Part shown: positions 34,106-46,000 of the stretch, one piece after another
Layout: the number at the start of each line of letters is the position of its first letter
Position numbering within the stretch: position 1 is the stretch's first letter
Assembly: GCA_051599415.1 (NCBI GenBank)
Contig: AP039693.1
Span: 124,001 to 188,000, forward strand
DNA length: 64,000 bases
Direction of reading: 5' to 3'
DNA from: Savitreella phatthalungensis
Lineage: Eukaryota
Notes under the pieces: model-generated
Databases searched by the model: none
The model's input: the letters and a program-made list of their open reading frames with translations, nothing else
Told to the model about the DNA's origin: nothing
Program-made: the position numbers and the translations under genes

Positions 34106-35625
34106 AGAAGAGGGGAGAAGTTCAACTTTGTCTGCACAAGTTGGAGAATCAGCCTGCTGGAAAACTCAATTTGTTGGACTGCAGTTGGGATGAGTGGGGT
34201 GATGATATACACAGATGTTTTGGATGGTGAGCAGATATGAGATGCTATATACTGGTGGACATGCTGTAAGGCTCTGTGTGAGTTGTACTTGATGCGTGAC
34301 TCTGTGAGTGCGCGAGTGAGTGACTCGTATAACGTGGCTGACATGGAATTGATCTCGCACGCACTGTGAATCAGTCTGTGTGATGTTGCGGCAGGGGGGG
34401 AGGGGGTTCCACGGCAATTACCACATTATAATTATGGACTTAACTCGTGCATAGAATCCCACATGCTCAATTGTCGGATCTATTTTATCCCTCAAATTGA
34501 ATGGTCAACGTGAGGATGATGTGTATCGCTCACCCGCTTCATTTCGATTCCTCCTGTGATGGATTCAGATTTCAGATTTCCAGGCGGATTTGGGATGAGT
34601 AGTCTCACAGCCGACCACAGACCTTCCAACATTGCCGCCTTCAACATTGCCGTTATCCGTTTCTGAATCTGGTGAGCGTTTAAATTTGAGGATGGCCGAG
34701 ATCTGGTGGGTACACGCTGACAGCGGAGTTACTTTTCGAAAATGAGCGGGAAGGCCGATGACCCTGAATAGTCTTAGCTGGGGTGAGGTATGATGAAATT
34801 GGAGTTTCATCTTCCTGGTTCATATCTGACCTGAGTGAGTCTGAGTATCAGCAATCACACCTCAAAACAGTACAGATTTATGCAAACAATCTCTCCTCCC
34901 GTAAAGTGACTTTTAGCTATCATGTGGATTTACTGGTCTCTGTACGATCACATGTCTCTGTAGATCATTATGGATCTTCTGCTCCTTCGACTCTCCAAAC
35001 TTCTGTTTTACCTGGAGCGTTGGGTGCTCAACACCGACATCTACATCCATGCACAGACACGGGTCACAGGCGGCTAGCAAGCGGCACATGCTTCTACCAT
35101 CATCATCACCACTCTCCACAACCACACGCCGAGACTCTTGGCATTCATAAGGCAAGACCAGACTTCACATCAACCTCTCCGAACAAGTCAAGTCATCAAC
35201 GTGTTTTGTTTTCTCAGTCGCTCACCCGCAGGGTCACTCGTGATTCAAAATCCCACGTGATACGTGGACGCACAACATTCCTTTTGTGTCTAGGTCGAGT
35301 GCATGCGGCCGCCTGACAAGTAGTTTGGATGACCATTGTTCCATGATTCGAATGCTGATTTGATCTTGGTCTGATCTGGTCTGGTCTGATGTGATTCTGT
35401 GTCGACGCTATGATCCCTTGGAACTGCGGACGGTGGATGCTGTCTCGTGACTTCACCTTGAGTGCGTGGTATGTGTGATCATGTGACTTCTGTCTTCCCA
35501 CCCGTCTTCCCACCTACACGTATCCTCCGCGGCCACCCAACCCACCCACTCCTCTCTCTCGCCAACACACCTCTGTGTACTCTTCTGAGTGCCTGCGTAG
35601 ATGAGTGTGATCATCACGAGTTGTC

Positions 35626-35963
35626 ATGTCGTCAGGTTCTGGCAAAGGCGGCTACACCTATAGATCTCACGGCACGAACGGTCAGGTATGTGGATTTTGT
35701 GGTAATGCTTTGAGTGTTAGGGATGACTGACGGAGGATGTTGACAGGGTAATCACTACTGCTCGCGTGATTACGGACCTTCTGCGCGTAACGATAACGCT
35801 TACCACTACTCCAACACCGATGGCAGTTACTACTACTCCAGTGAGCTCACTCCCTACCTCATCAAAACAAGTGGCTGACGTGGCAGACCCCAATGGGTCA
35901 AAGTACTACAATGATGGCAAGGGATCCGCGTTCTACACGCCACCTGGCAGTAATCGCAAGTAG
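35626..35963 (+). CDS. Small (76 aa) Tyr/Gly/Ser/Asn-rich protein; 3 exons
   Basis: Exons 35626-35685, 35747-35840 and 35887-35963. Introns GTATGT..CTGAC..CAG (61 nt) and GTGAGC..CTGAC..CAG (46 nt) join in frame: MSSGSGKGGYTYRSHGTNGQGNHYCSRDYGPSARNDNAYHYSNTDGSYYYSNPNGSKYYNDGKGSAFYTPPGSNRK. Confidence 0.85.
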
Positions 35964-36074
35964 CTCAATCGCATGACTCTTCTCTCATCTCTCTCTTAAC
36001 CCTCTCTTTTGTGACGTACGTGCAAGATATGGTTGATAGATATCTAGATACATATGGGTGACAGGAGATGTTGA

Positions 36075-38771
36075 TCAGTCGCGAATACCAAGTAGCTTTC
36101 TCAGCTTCTGGAACTTCTTAGGCTTGCCTGTACGCTTTGACACTGAGATCTGACTCTGCGTGCGGTCAGGCAGGCTAGGTCTTGCTGCTGGGACTGAGAG
36201 TGATTGGCGGCGTGTGGATTTCGCTGGAAGTTCAGGAGCGTTGGGGTCGCTTTGTCTTTGAGTCGGGCTACTTCCACCAACCCGAGCTAGTGTCGCGACA
36301 GTCATCGATGAATCGCGGTTGCGTAGGGTACCACGTGTCAGTGCAGCTCCAACACGATTCTCGCCGATCGCCGGCACTTGGCGTCTAGACGATTCCGCCA
36401 GGTCAGGGTGGACGTCAGAATCGACCGATAGCCTGCGCATCGGCAGAGTCATCGTCGGCATGGGTGGGATGGCAGATGCGTCCTTGGCAGTTGAGGTCGG
36501 CAAATCGGAATTCTGGTGGTTGGTTGGTTTGCCACCTGGCGATTTTCCGACAAGCGAGAGTGACACTCGGCGCAACTTTGACATCTTCTTAGGCGTCTCG
36601 TACACAGATGATTGGTCCGGAACGCTCGTTGCTACAGGAACGACCGGCGGCGTCGATGTGCCAGGGGTACTGGCGGCAAGTGCTGAAAGATCAGCGTGCG
36701 TGTGTGCAGATCTGCCAAAGATCGCACTGATCGAACGACCGGCACCCTTTGGTCGTGCGTAGCGCTGATCTTCGAGCGATTCAGATCGACGGTGGCCGGC
36801 AGCAGCAACAGATGGCGCTTGAGAAGATGATCGGCGGGACTGCTTCTTCGTTGACGCGGGTTCCTGACGAAGCGTCGTGCGGAAAGTTCTGTCAGCCATG
36901 GAATTGACACTCATCGTCGAGTCACGTCTTGAAAGACCTTGACGCTTACGTTCGAAAGAGCTGCGGCGCTGGAGCTGCTGTTGCTCCGCTCTAGCGAGAA
37001 TTGCGTTTGCCTCATTGTGGACAGGGTCGGACGACTTTGCGTCTTCCGTCTCGGGGTGGAGCATCTTCTGAACATTGCGCTGTGCGATTGCGAGCGCTGC
37101 AAGGTGCTGATCGACAGCGTCTTCGTGGACGCTGCCTGCGACAGACCCAGCGATGCTCGTTCTGCGACCACCTGCAGGCTTGGCAATCTCGCCACGAAGC
37201 GAAGTCAGTGACATGCGCCGGCCGATAGTCGCACCTGACTGCTGTGGTCCAGGAGCGGCTGCGCGTGTAGCCATATTAGTCGTAGATGGATCCTTACGAA
37301 GTGATCGCATTCGTACCGGATCTTGACTCATCCGCGACATGTTGGACATCTGCGAGTTGGATCGCTGCAGTACTGGAGCAGCAGGAGCTGGCGTACTTGA
37401 TACCTTGGATGAGGCCCTGCCGTTCGTCTCACCTCCGTTGCGCATGGACGAACGGAAGCTTCGAGGGGTGCCACCGTTGCGAGATGCCTTGCGGCGGCGT
37501 GTGAAAGAGTCATCGCTCTCGTCATCTGCGTCCAGGTTGGAGGCAACTTCTGCTCGCGAGAAGCGCACGGAACCCTGCTGGGATGGCGTCTTGCGCATCG
37601 CCGATTTGAGAGGCGAGTTAGCGGGAGTGGTGTCCATGGCTGCGAGGTTCTGCTGGGTGAGCGCAAGAGGGGCAGCAGCGGCAGCAGAATCAACAGCTGC
37701 AGCACCCGTGCGTGATTTTTTCGGAGATCTCTTCTGCGGGCTTTGTCTGAAGTCCTCGTCGGCATCGCTGTACACGCTACCGCGGCTTTGGATCGTGCTC
37801 AGTGAGCCTTGATCGTCTTCCAAAGCTGGTGTGTTGGACTCCTTTGCAAGTGGCGGCGCGACTGCCCCTGAAGCAGATCCAATGGAAGCATTTGAGCCAC
37901 GACGTGTGAGATTTGGCACAGTGGCAATGCCGAGACGCGGTGGAGCAGCCTGGTTGGCTTGCCTGTCTGTCGGTTTCCCGCCGGCGAGACTTGGTTGCGC
38001 TGGGCTGTGCTTGAGGGCGCTGCGCTTCGGCTTGTTTGGGTTTGGTGACACGTTGAGACCTTGCGGTTCACGCACCTCGTTCTCGTCGATATCCGAAAAA
38101 GAGACGCGGCTTCCAGCGCGACGTCTGCCGTTTGCGTCGATCACTTCGCTTGTATCCGAAGCTGCTGAAGAAATGACGGACTCTGGTCTACGTGGTCGAG
38201 AGGCTGCAGAGCGCATGGCGCTAGCAGATGTCTGACCGTTGTATGCATACGTCTTGTTGTAGTCTTCATTGATGCGCTCGAGGTCGCTCTGGAAAGATCG
38301 AATCGAAGCGTTGCTAGGCATGACCTGTCGTACACGCGGGGCACCTGAGCTCTGGGCGGCTCCACCTCCGCTTCTCAAGGTCGCGTGTAGGTTGTGCGAG
38401 GTCAGCTGAGGTGGGGGAAGGTTGCCAGACTGGACAGCCGATTGCCTCGCTGCCTGAGCTGCGAGAAGACGCTTTCCGCCGGTGGCGCGGACGGCAGAGT
38501 ACTGTCCTGGCCTAGATGAGATATTGGTAGCGGCTGATCTGACAGAGTTGAGACTATCTCTGCGTACGAGGCCAGGCTGTTGCTGGGTCGCTGTTGTTGC
38601 CTTGTCGTCTGAGGAGATGCCGCGGCGCGAATCTGAGCGCTGCAGTGCTGCGGCTGCAGCTGCAGCTGCACTGGCTGCACGGTTACGAGCGGCATTGTCG
38701 GTGTAGGCTGGCATGTTGTAGCCTGTCGATGCTTGAGAGCGAACACTGCGGGTGGAGTTGCTTCTGCGCAT
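36075..38771 (-). CDS. Large Ser/Arg/Ala-rich disordered protein, possibly a Seg1/Sle1-like eisosome protein
   Basis: 898-aa ORF with an N-terminal AASAAAAAA helix and a polybasic amphipathic C-terminus KKFQKLRKLLGIRD. The family call is an inference. Confidence 0.6.
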   Translation of the reverse strand: MRRSNSTRSVRSQASTGYNMPAYTDNAARNRAASAAAAAAAALQRSDSRRGISSDDKATTATQQQPGLVRRDSLNSVRSAATNISSRPGQYSAVRATGGKRLLAAQAARQSAVQSGNLPPPQLTSHNLHATLRSGGGAAQSSGAPRVRQVMPSNASIRSFQSDLERINEDYNKTYAYNGQTSASAMRSAASRPRRPESVISSAASDTSEVIDANGRRRAGSRVSFSDIDENEVREPQGLNVSPNPNKPKRSALKHSPAQPSLAGGKPTDRQANQAAPPRLGIATVPNLTRRGSNASIGSASGAVAPPLAKESNTPALEDDQGSLSTIQSRGSVYSDADEDFRQSPQKRSPKKSRTGAAAVDSAAAAAPLALTQQNLAAMDTTPANSPLKSAMRKTPSQQGSVRFSRAEVASNLDADDESDDSFTRRRKASRNGGTPRSFRSSMRNGGETNGRASSKVSSTPAPAAPVLQRSNSQMSNMSRMSQDPVRMRSLRKDPSTTNMATRAAAPGPQQSGATIGRRMSLTSLRGEIAKPAGGRRTSIAGSVAGSVHEDAVDQHLAALAIAQRNVQKMLHPETEDAKSSDPVHNEANAILARAEQQQLQRRSSFERKRQGLSRRDSTMSVNSMADRTFRTTLRQEPASTKKQSRRSSSQAPSVAAAGHRRSESLEDQRYARPKGAGRSISAIFGRSAHTHADLSALAASTPGTSTPPVVPVATSVPDQSSVYETPKKMSKLRRVSLSLVGKSPGGKPTNHQNSDLPTSTAKDASAIPPMPTMTLPMRRLSVDSDVHPDLAESSRRQVPAIGENRVGAALTRGTLRNRDSSMTVATLARVGGSSPTQRQSDPNAPELPAKSTRRQSLSVPAARPSLPDRTQSQISVSKRTGKPKKFQKLRKLLGIRD

Positions 38772-39430
38772 GGTAGAAGACGATGGAGAATCGGGGTTTC
38801 AGGAGAAAGTGGAGAAGCGTTATGTCCTAGATCATAGACCCACTTTACAGGAAATACACGTTCGGCTCTTGAATGAGCGCAAGGTCAAGAGTGGATATTC
38901 TCGTGTCTGTAGTCGAAGTTTCGGAAGAGTGGATGACGGCTTTCGCGAGTTGATGTAATTTACACGGTCAGGTTGAAGATGGTGATGGAGGTGAAGATGA
39001 GCGTGGTAGGGTGAGTATGATGTCAAATGAGTCAAGAGCAGGCTATGAGATGATGAGGTTTTCTCGTCGGCTCAGTGGAGGAGCACACGCCAGGGCAGCT
39101 GTGCAGAATCGATCGTGAGCTGTGAAACCTGTGGTGTCTAAGGGATTTGCGGATGACAGGCGAGGAGGATGTTTGGTGGACTCAACAGAGATGGTGGTAT
39201 CCTAGGCAGGCTGGTTCGCTGGCTGGCTGGCTGACTGGCTGACTGGTTGATTGACTGAGTGAATGAGTGACTGGCTTGCTGGACTGTTAGGTCTGAGCGA
39301 TGTCGGTGTCCTGGTGTGAATGACTGCATGGGACTGACGAAGGGGGATCAGAGATCATCCATACAGAGAAATTTCTCCCTTTCCAGATCTCTCTCTCACT
39401 CTGAGTCTGAATCTATTGCACAAGACTCCT

Positions 39431-39444
39431 GCTTGCTTGCTTGC

Positions 39445-39483
<39 letters not shown>
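39431..39483. repeat. (GCTT)n tetranucleotide microsatellite
   Basis: About 13 GCTT units with one GCAT interruption. A degenerate GGCT/GACT tract lies at about 39207-39280. Confidence 0.9.
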
Positions 39484-39484
<1 letters not shown>

Positions 39485-39997
39485 CGTGAAGGAGAGATTT
39501 TGACTCCGGCTGAGTTGGACTAGCACGCACTGGACCAAGCGGATTCAGATTGATCTGGCCTGGAGTCGCTTCCAAAATCCAAAACAACGTCATCGTTCAT
39601 CTGTCCATCTCTGCATTCCCTTTTTTCTTTCGAAAACTCAGAACTCAATTTCAAAATTCAGGTATCTCATCAAGGTCAAACGCTCATTCTAACCATTCAT
39701 CTCATGCAAAAAGGAGATTCTCATAGAGGCATGTGCAAGTTTCGATTCAATTTGCTTTAGTCTTGATCAATTGATTTCATTGGATTTTTATTTTTAGGCT
39801 TTTGACAGTGAGTGATCCAGATCAATCAATCAATCGACCACTCATTCCTCAAAATCTCGGGTACCCAGTGACTGTTTCAACTAGACGTGACTAAGGGAAG
39901 TCTATCTGGGACACGACCGATAACACCACATTCACATATCTCCTGCGCTGCATACACGAGATGCAATGTCCCATATAAGCTCTAAGGATATTTGATA

Positions 39998-40809
39998 GGG
40001 CGCATCTATGGACACGGCATAATTTGTCATGGACACGGCATTTGGTGTATGTAGCAAATTCTCCTATGATCAAATTCAGATGCACAGTTGCAAAGTCTGA
40101 AGGACCGTCTCAAGAAAGGTTTAATAAGGACATATAACAGAGATTGACACTTTACGGTCTACCATCACTGACACCAACAGAGACAACATGGAAGGCCTAC
40201 AATCAATGCCCTGGCACAGTCTCACAGAGCTCAAGGCTGCATGTTCTGTATTTGCAAAGCTGCAAGTTTCCTCCTTGTGGTGCAAGACTCAAAGAAGGAC
40301 AAGGACTCAAAATTGGCATGTGCTCGACATGGTTTGCCACAAAGACACTTGGAGAGAAGCAACATTGATACATTGCATTGCAGCAATAATAGTAGGGCTG
40401 ATCAATGGTTGAGGCTGACATGTACAGTGTACCGCTACAAGACAGAAGCTCAGAAAGCATTCATGCTGAAAGCACAGCATGAATTCTACATGCAATGCAG
40501 CCAGATGGCAACTTCAAGCGAAATGGCCACACATCCCAGAGGCCGGCCACGCCCCTCAAACTGTCGCCTGCCTGACAGACATACTAACTCAACTTCAGTC
40601 AGGCGCAATCCAAGCCATTTTGAGCAGTGAAAGCAATCCAGTCAGGTACTTCAGTCATGGAAACATCCACCAGGATGACTGATACACAATCGTTGAATGT
40701 TGGTTTTTTATCAAAATACGTTATGCGTAGTAATTTGCTATGATCTTTCAGTGAAAATAGAAAATCTGCCGTGTCCATAACAAATTATGCCGTGTCCATA
40801 GATGCGCCC
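39998..40809. mobile_element. Non-autonomous TIR DNA transposon (MITE-like; Mutator- or Merlin-type by TSD length)
   Basis: 43-bp TIRs at 39998-40040 and 40767-40809 (GGGCGCATCTATGGACACGGCATAATTTGTYATGGACACGGCA, 1 mismatch). Perfect 9-bp direct repeat TATTTGATA at 39989-39997 and 40810-40818. No long internal ORF. Confidence 0.92.
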
Positions 40810-41257
40810 TATTTGATATCGATCGACCAACAATTTATAGCAGCAACAATCAAAGCTATGCATCGGATAAACACTGTACGCGCACAATCGTGCATCGATC
40901 ATGCACAGGATTTTGATCACTCACTTCCTCACTCACCCCAGATCTTTTGATCTGTCCTCTCACATGTGCAAATCATATCCAATCATCCCACTCTACACCT
41001 CACCTGAGATCAGGAAAGAAGTCAGAAATCGACATTGTACCTGCCGTTGGATCGTCCCATCTTCTAGATCCTGATCTCCTACCAACTCATCGACCGGAGA
41101 TCAGTGGACGGATCAGTGGATGGAATTTGATCCCTCGTAAGGACATCGCAAGTTCACCGCATCACATTCTCTCAGTTGGTGAATCCCTAGCCATTCTAAA
41201 GCTCTTTCCTCCTTCTCCTTCGTGCTACCTGAAACATCCTTGTTTCATCATCCGATC

Positions 41258-42492
41258 ATGTCATTCAATGTCATGGGTAAGTCAACAATCTGTACATCCA
41301 GATCCAGATGCAGATCCAGATCCAGGTCCCCATCCTTCTCTTCAGCCCCAATCGTTCTCTGATTCCCAATCACTCCTCTTTCAATCGATCTACTAACACA
41401 ATAGTCGGCAGCAGGGCAGCCAAAGTCCTCATTGTCAACTGTGACCCGACAGATAGCTCACTCAACTTGAGAACAGCCATCCCTGCCGGCCACACCCCAT
41501 TCTCAACCATTGTAGATGTCGACAACAAATGCTTTTACGCCCTCGATGCACATCCACAAACGAGTCAAGGCATCGTCAGAACACTTGCTCCTACACCTGC
41601 AGGTACAGTCGAACAGCAACTGTCATCATGCACGGAAGCACCCAATCCAACTGCATTCTATGCCTGTGGCGCATACATTTACGTTCTCCATGCCTCTGGT
41701 GACTATGCCATATTCCGGCGTCCTAGACCGCCACGCAGCACACGCAGACGCCGTTCCTCTACACTCATACCCATCCGAGAGGACGTCGTCGGAGAATCTC
41801 TCGCAGAGCTTTACCGCTTATCGAAAGACACGCCCGTCTCCGACCCGAACACATCACTCGAAGAACGGGCAGAAGCATCTATCCAGACAATCAAGCAAGA
41901 GCTCACACATGTCGATAACGCCCCAGCTATCAAACCTGCCTCAGTCGACGCAATCGAACTTGTCAGCGTTATCACCTGCGAAGAAGGAAAGGAGATTCGC
42001 AGAATCGTACCATGGCATGACGAAGCGCAAGTGCTGTTGGCGCGTCGTGACGGCGTGGTGATTTGTGGCGTCGACATCCTCACAGGGAATCTAAACGAGC
42101 GAGCTGTCCTGCCACTAGCTCAGCTCACGGACTGTGATTGTCGAGGATCATCTCTCATCTGTGTTCTGACGGAAGACGAGCTGATTGTCGTGTCTGCAAG
42201 CGAGCGCAACGACCTGAGCATCGTCAAACGGCATCCTATCAAAGGTGACTTGATTCGAGTTTCCTCTACAGGTCACGCCTATGTCAGGCAGACCTCTTCC
42301 TGGGTCAATATCGATCTCGACACGGGCGATCAAAAAGCTCTGGGATTTGTCAGCGATGAGCTGATTGCCCACAGAGATGGGAGGACCCTTCTATGTACCA
42401 CCACCGACGCCTTACGTATGTACACGATAGAGGGCAAGCTACAGGCAAGTCTATCACTCGACCAGCCCACTATAATCACGAGAATGACGTAG
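41258..42492 (+). CDS. Hypothetical beta-propeller protein, weakly CNH-domain-like; 2 exons
   Basis: Exon 1 is 41258-41276 (MSFNVM). Intron 41277-41404 (GTAAGT...CTAAC...TAG) joins in frame to the long ORF (368 aa). Beta-strand-rich pattern. Confidence 0.6.
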
Positions 42493-43065
42493 TTGAAAGT
42501 GGATGAATAGCATCAATGCTCTGGGTTTAGCTGCCTACACAAGTAAGTGACTCGACTGCTTCATGCCAACGCATCAAGCTTCCATTGTACATCGAGTGGG
42601 TGCTCGTGTGCATATCCTCTCTAGTTATCAGTCTACACAACCTGCGGAGTATTTAATGAATGTTTGCAATTGCTTCATGAGGAGTGAAAAATTTAAATTA
42701 CTGAAGCTTTGATTGCTCGTGCTCAAGGATCACCATCATATGTGTGCATCTCTCGATCGATCACAAACCTGATCCTCATACACATCCTCAGACTAGTAAG
42801 CAAGCAAAGGGTAAGCTCCAGCATTAGAACGAGCAGTTCGTACGCACGCGCCTGGATACGCTCATCGCAGCCATTTTGTTGGACTGAGATATCTGTCGAC
42901 GGGAAGTATACACCTGAAGTGATCAAAGAGCAAAGCACAGACGTATAGTGCATCTCACTCACACGCGTCATGAACGTGATCATCAAATCTAACCTGTAAA
43001 CATCTGTATCGACCGCCTTCACTCCGCTCGATTCTGTCAGCTCATCGCTCAGCGGACGATCCATC

Positions 43066-46000
43066 ATGGAAGCGCCAGACAGGGTTCCTCTGACGTCTAT
43101 GTCAGAGCGGGATCGCATCGTCAAGACTCTCTTCAGCGAAAAGCTCAAAGGTACAGACACCTTTGTCGAGCAGTACATCACTCATGTCTGTATTTATGAG
43201 GATGTAGAGTATCCAGCATCACCACCGCCGCGACCGACACCTCCAGAATGCCTCAAACGGCGGTACATCCTCGTCAGTGTCCGGTCAAGCGGTAGACTCA
43301 GGCTGCACAAATCCCGAGCGAATGACAATGGCACCTTCCAGATCGGCAAGACATGGATGCTTGACGATTTGCAGCGGATCGAAGACACAGGACCTCGAGG
43401 ACTCGTGATCTCACTCCAGAAGCCCTACTTCTGGGCGATGGACACGCCTCAGGACAAGATGCAGTTCGTCAATACGCTCGCAAGTATCTACAAGAAGTAC
43501 ACGGGCGGAAGGATGTTCGAGCTCAAGGGATTTGATGAACGACTCCTGGCACCAGCGCATAGAAGCTCAACAACATCGCAAGGCAGACAGCAGCCCGGGG
43601 AGCGCCTTCCGCAGCGTGCTCCACCTCTTACGCAGGAGAACGATAATGGTGGAGCACGACAGCCATCGATTGATTATCCGGGCCCCAGGCAGCAATCCCT
43701 TCCGCTCGATCAAGGGCCACGGCGGCCATCACAGCCGATGGAACAACAGCGAACACCACAGCAACGTCCTCCAGACCTCAGGAACGCTTCTGTATCTTCC
43801 AACTATCCAACTCAGACACCTTCGAGCCAGCCAATACAGTCTCCTGGCTCCGCATATTCCAGTGCACCACAGCGTATAGTCAGTGCCGGCAACGGTGAGC
43901 TCATGCCGCCGAGGAGGGATGGTCTGCGGTCGGGCTCGCTCAACATCGATACCAGCAATCTCATGTCACCGCCACCCATCGAGCCGAGATCGCGGGATCG
44001 ACAAAGGCTAGGTTCACCTCTCGGACCAACTCCGCAGGACGTCCCAGCGAGACGGGTGCAGGCGCCTATCCCGCAGCAGATGCAATTGCCGCATACACCT
44101 GGCGGTCCTCCTGAAGGCATGCGTTCCCCTCTCAGCCCACCTCCGGCCAAATCGCCGGCGCGCAGACCGTCGAACATGTCGACAGCTAGCTCCGATCACG
44201 GCGGCATACGCACGCCGAGGGAACCCATGCCGCGGCTACCCAGCAAGTCTGGTGCACGCGAGTCCCCACTACGGCCTGAACTGCCGTGGAATGCTCCGAC
44301 ACCCCCGCAGCAATCCCAACCGCAATCTCCAGAAGCGATCGAGCGCGCTCCCGCCCCTCGCGCAATTCCTCCCCACGTCACCACAGCGATGGAACGTTCC
44401 AACTCAATGCAAAGTGTCACAACGTCTCTCTCCGCAATTACTGCATCCGCCGAGGCTGAAGACGAATCGCCCGACCAAACGTTCGGTGAAGAGATCGGCG
44501 AAGCCGCATTCCTCGAGGACTTGCTGGCTGACTTCAAATTCACAAGCACTCGTGGCGCAGATGCGATAGCGAAGCAACTTCAAGATGAACTATTTTCGAT
44601 CGAGACTGCCAATACATTGGCCATCAGCGAGCAAGACAGCCGCATCAGCGATCTCATGGACAAGCTGGACAAGGGCCTGGCGCAGTGCGACGAGATGAGC
44701 AATACGCTCACGATCTACCGATTCCAGCTGAGCAGTGTGGCCGAGCACGTGCGATTCATCGAGTCACAAAGTCAAGGTCTGCAGGTGCAGACGTCGAACC
44801 AGAAGGCGCTCATTATGGAGATCGACTCTGTCCTGAGCAACATCGAGATTTCTCGCGGCGATGTCGAGGTTCTCCAGTCTGCGAACCTCGACGTCGATCT
44901 GCGCAAGGTCGAGAAGGCTCTAACAAACTTCTACAGAGCTTTGCGAAGCATGCAGGAAGGAGCGACCGCGATCGCAGCGACGCGGGGCAAGGGTCGCGAA
45001 TACAAGCAAGAATCAGACGCTTTCCTTCATCGCCTTGCAGGCTACGTGCGAACGCAATTCCAGCGTGCGGTCGCGATGGCATCTCAGCCAGCGTCCATGT
45101 CCGAGCTGCCCGGACATGAGGAAGGATACAAATCTCTATTCCATCTGAGCCCTGTCATGTTGTATGCTAGAGACATCGCTCCACAACTCCAATCTGAGAT
45201 CCGTCTCGAGTACGCATCAATTGCCAAGTCCGCCTGGCGCGACAGCATTCTTTCATTCGCTGCCCAGTGGCGTTCGTCCGTTCGGCAAGAACCCGAACCT
45301 TTCGCTCCACCGACCCGTGCAGCCGCTATCAAACGCGCAAACACCATGCTCAGTGCAGCCGGTCTGACACGTCAACAGACGCCGTCTTCCTCGTCTGCTC
45401 AACAACAGCAACAACAGCAGCCATCGTCCTCGCAGCAGTCTCAACAGGACCTTCGGCCTGCTAGCGAAGTCTTCTCGATCATTCTCGACAACTTGACAAT
45501 CGTCATCACGACCGAGCAGAATTTCCTCGGAGATCTATTCCACCTGTCATCTCTACAATCGATCGACTATCCAGACTACGTCTCCCTCGGCGTCCGCAAC
45601 GAGCTTTCGATCGACCGCCTCGAAGACCACCGCCCGACAGAGCCCAACCGTACCTTGGCGAAGCAGCGGTACGAGCTGATGGAGGCCATCTTCACCTGGC
45701 TCGGTCCGGACCTTGTCAACTTGGCGGACCACTTTGTAAAGCTTGATGCTATCGAGGTGGTAGGAATGCTACGTGCGCTTGAGGTCGTCGAGGCCGAGTG
45801 GTCCGACAGTGATCAGGACTGGATGTTGCGGATGTACGATCGCGTGCACGATCGACTGATGCATGCCTTCACCCGCTTTGTCGAGCATCAGTGCAAGCTG
45901 ATCAAAGACCACATCGGCAGCAGCCTCGGTGGCAATCCCAGAACCAGAGCACACATTCTCCCTTCCTTCGACAAGTTCCCATCCTTCGTCGAACGCATCG

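Noticed and set aside
40008..40040. ATGGACACGGCA direct repeats as a CRISPR-like or tandem array
   Set aside because: Only two copies per end, and they are part of the transposon TIRs; the context is eukaryotic.
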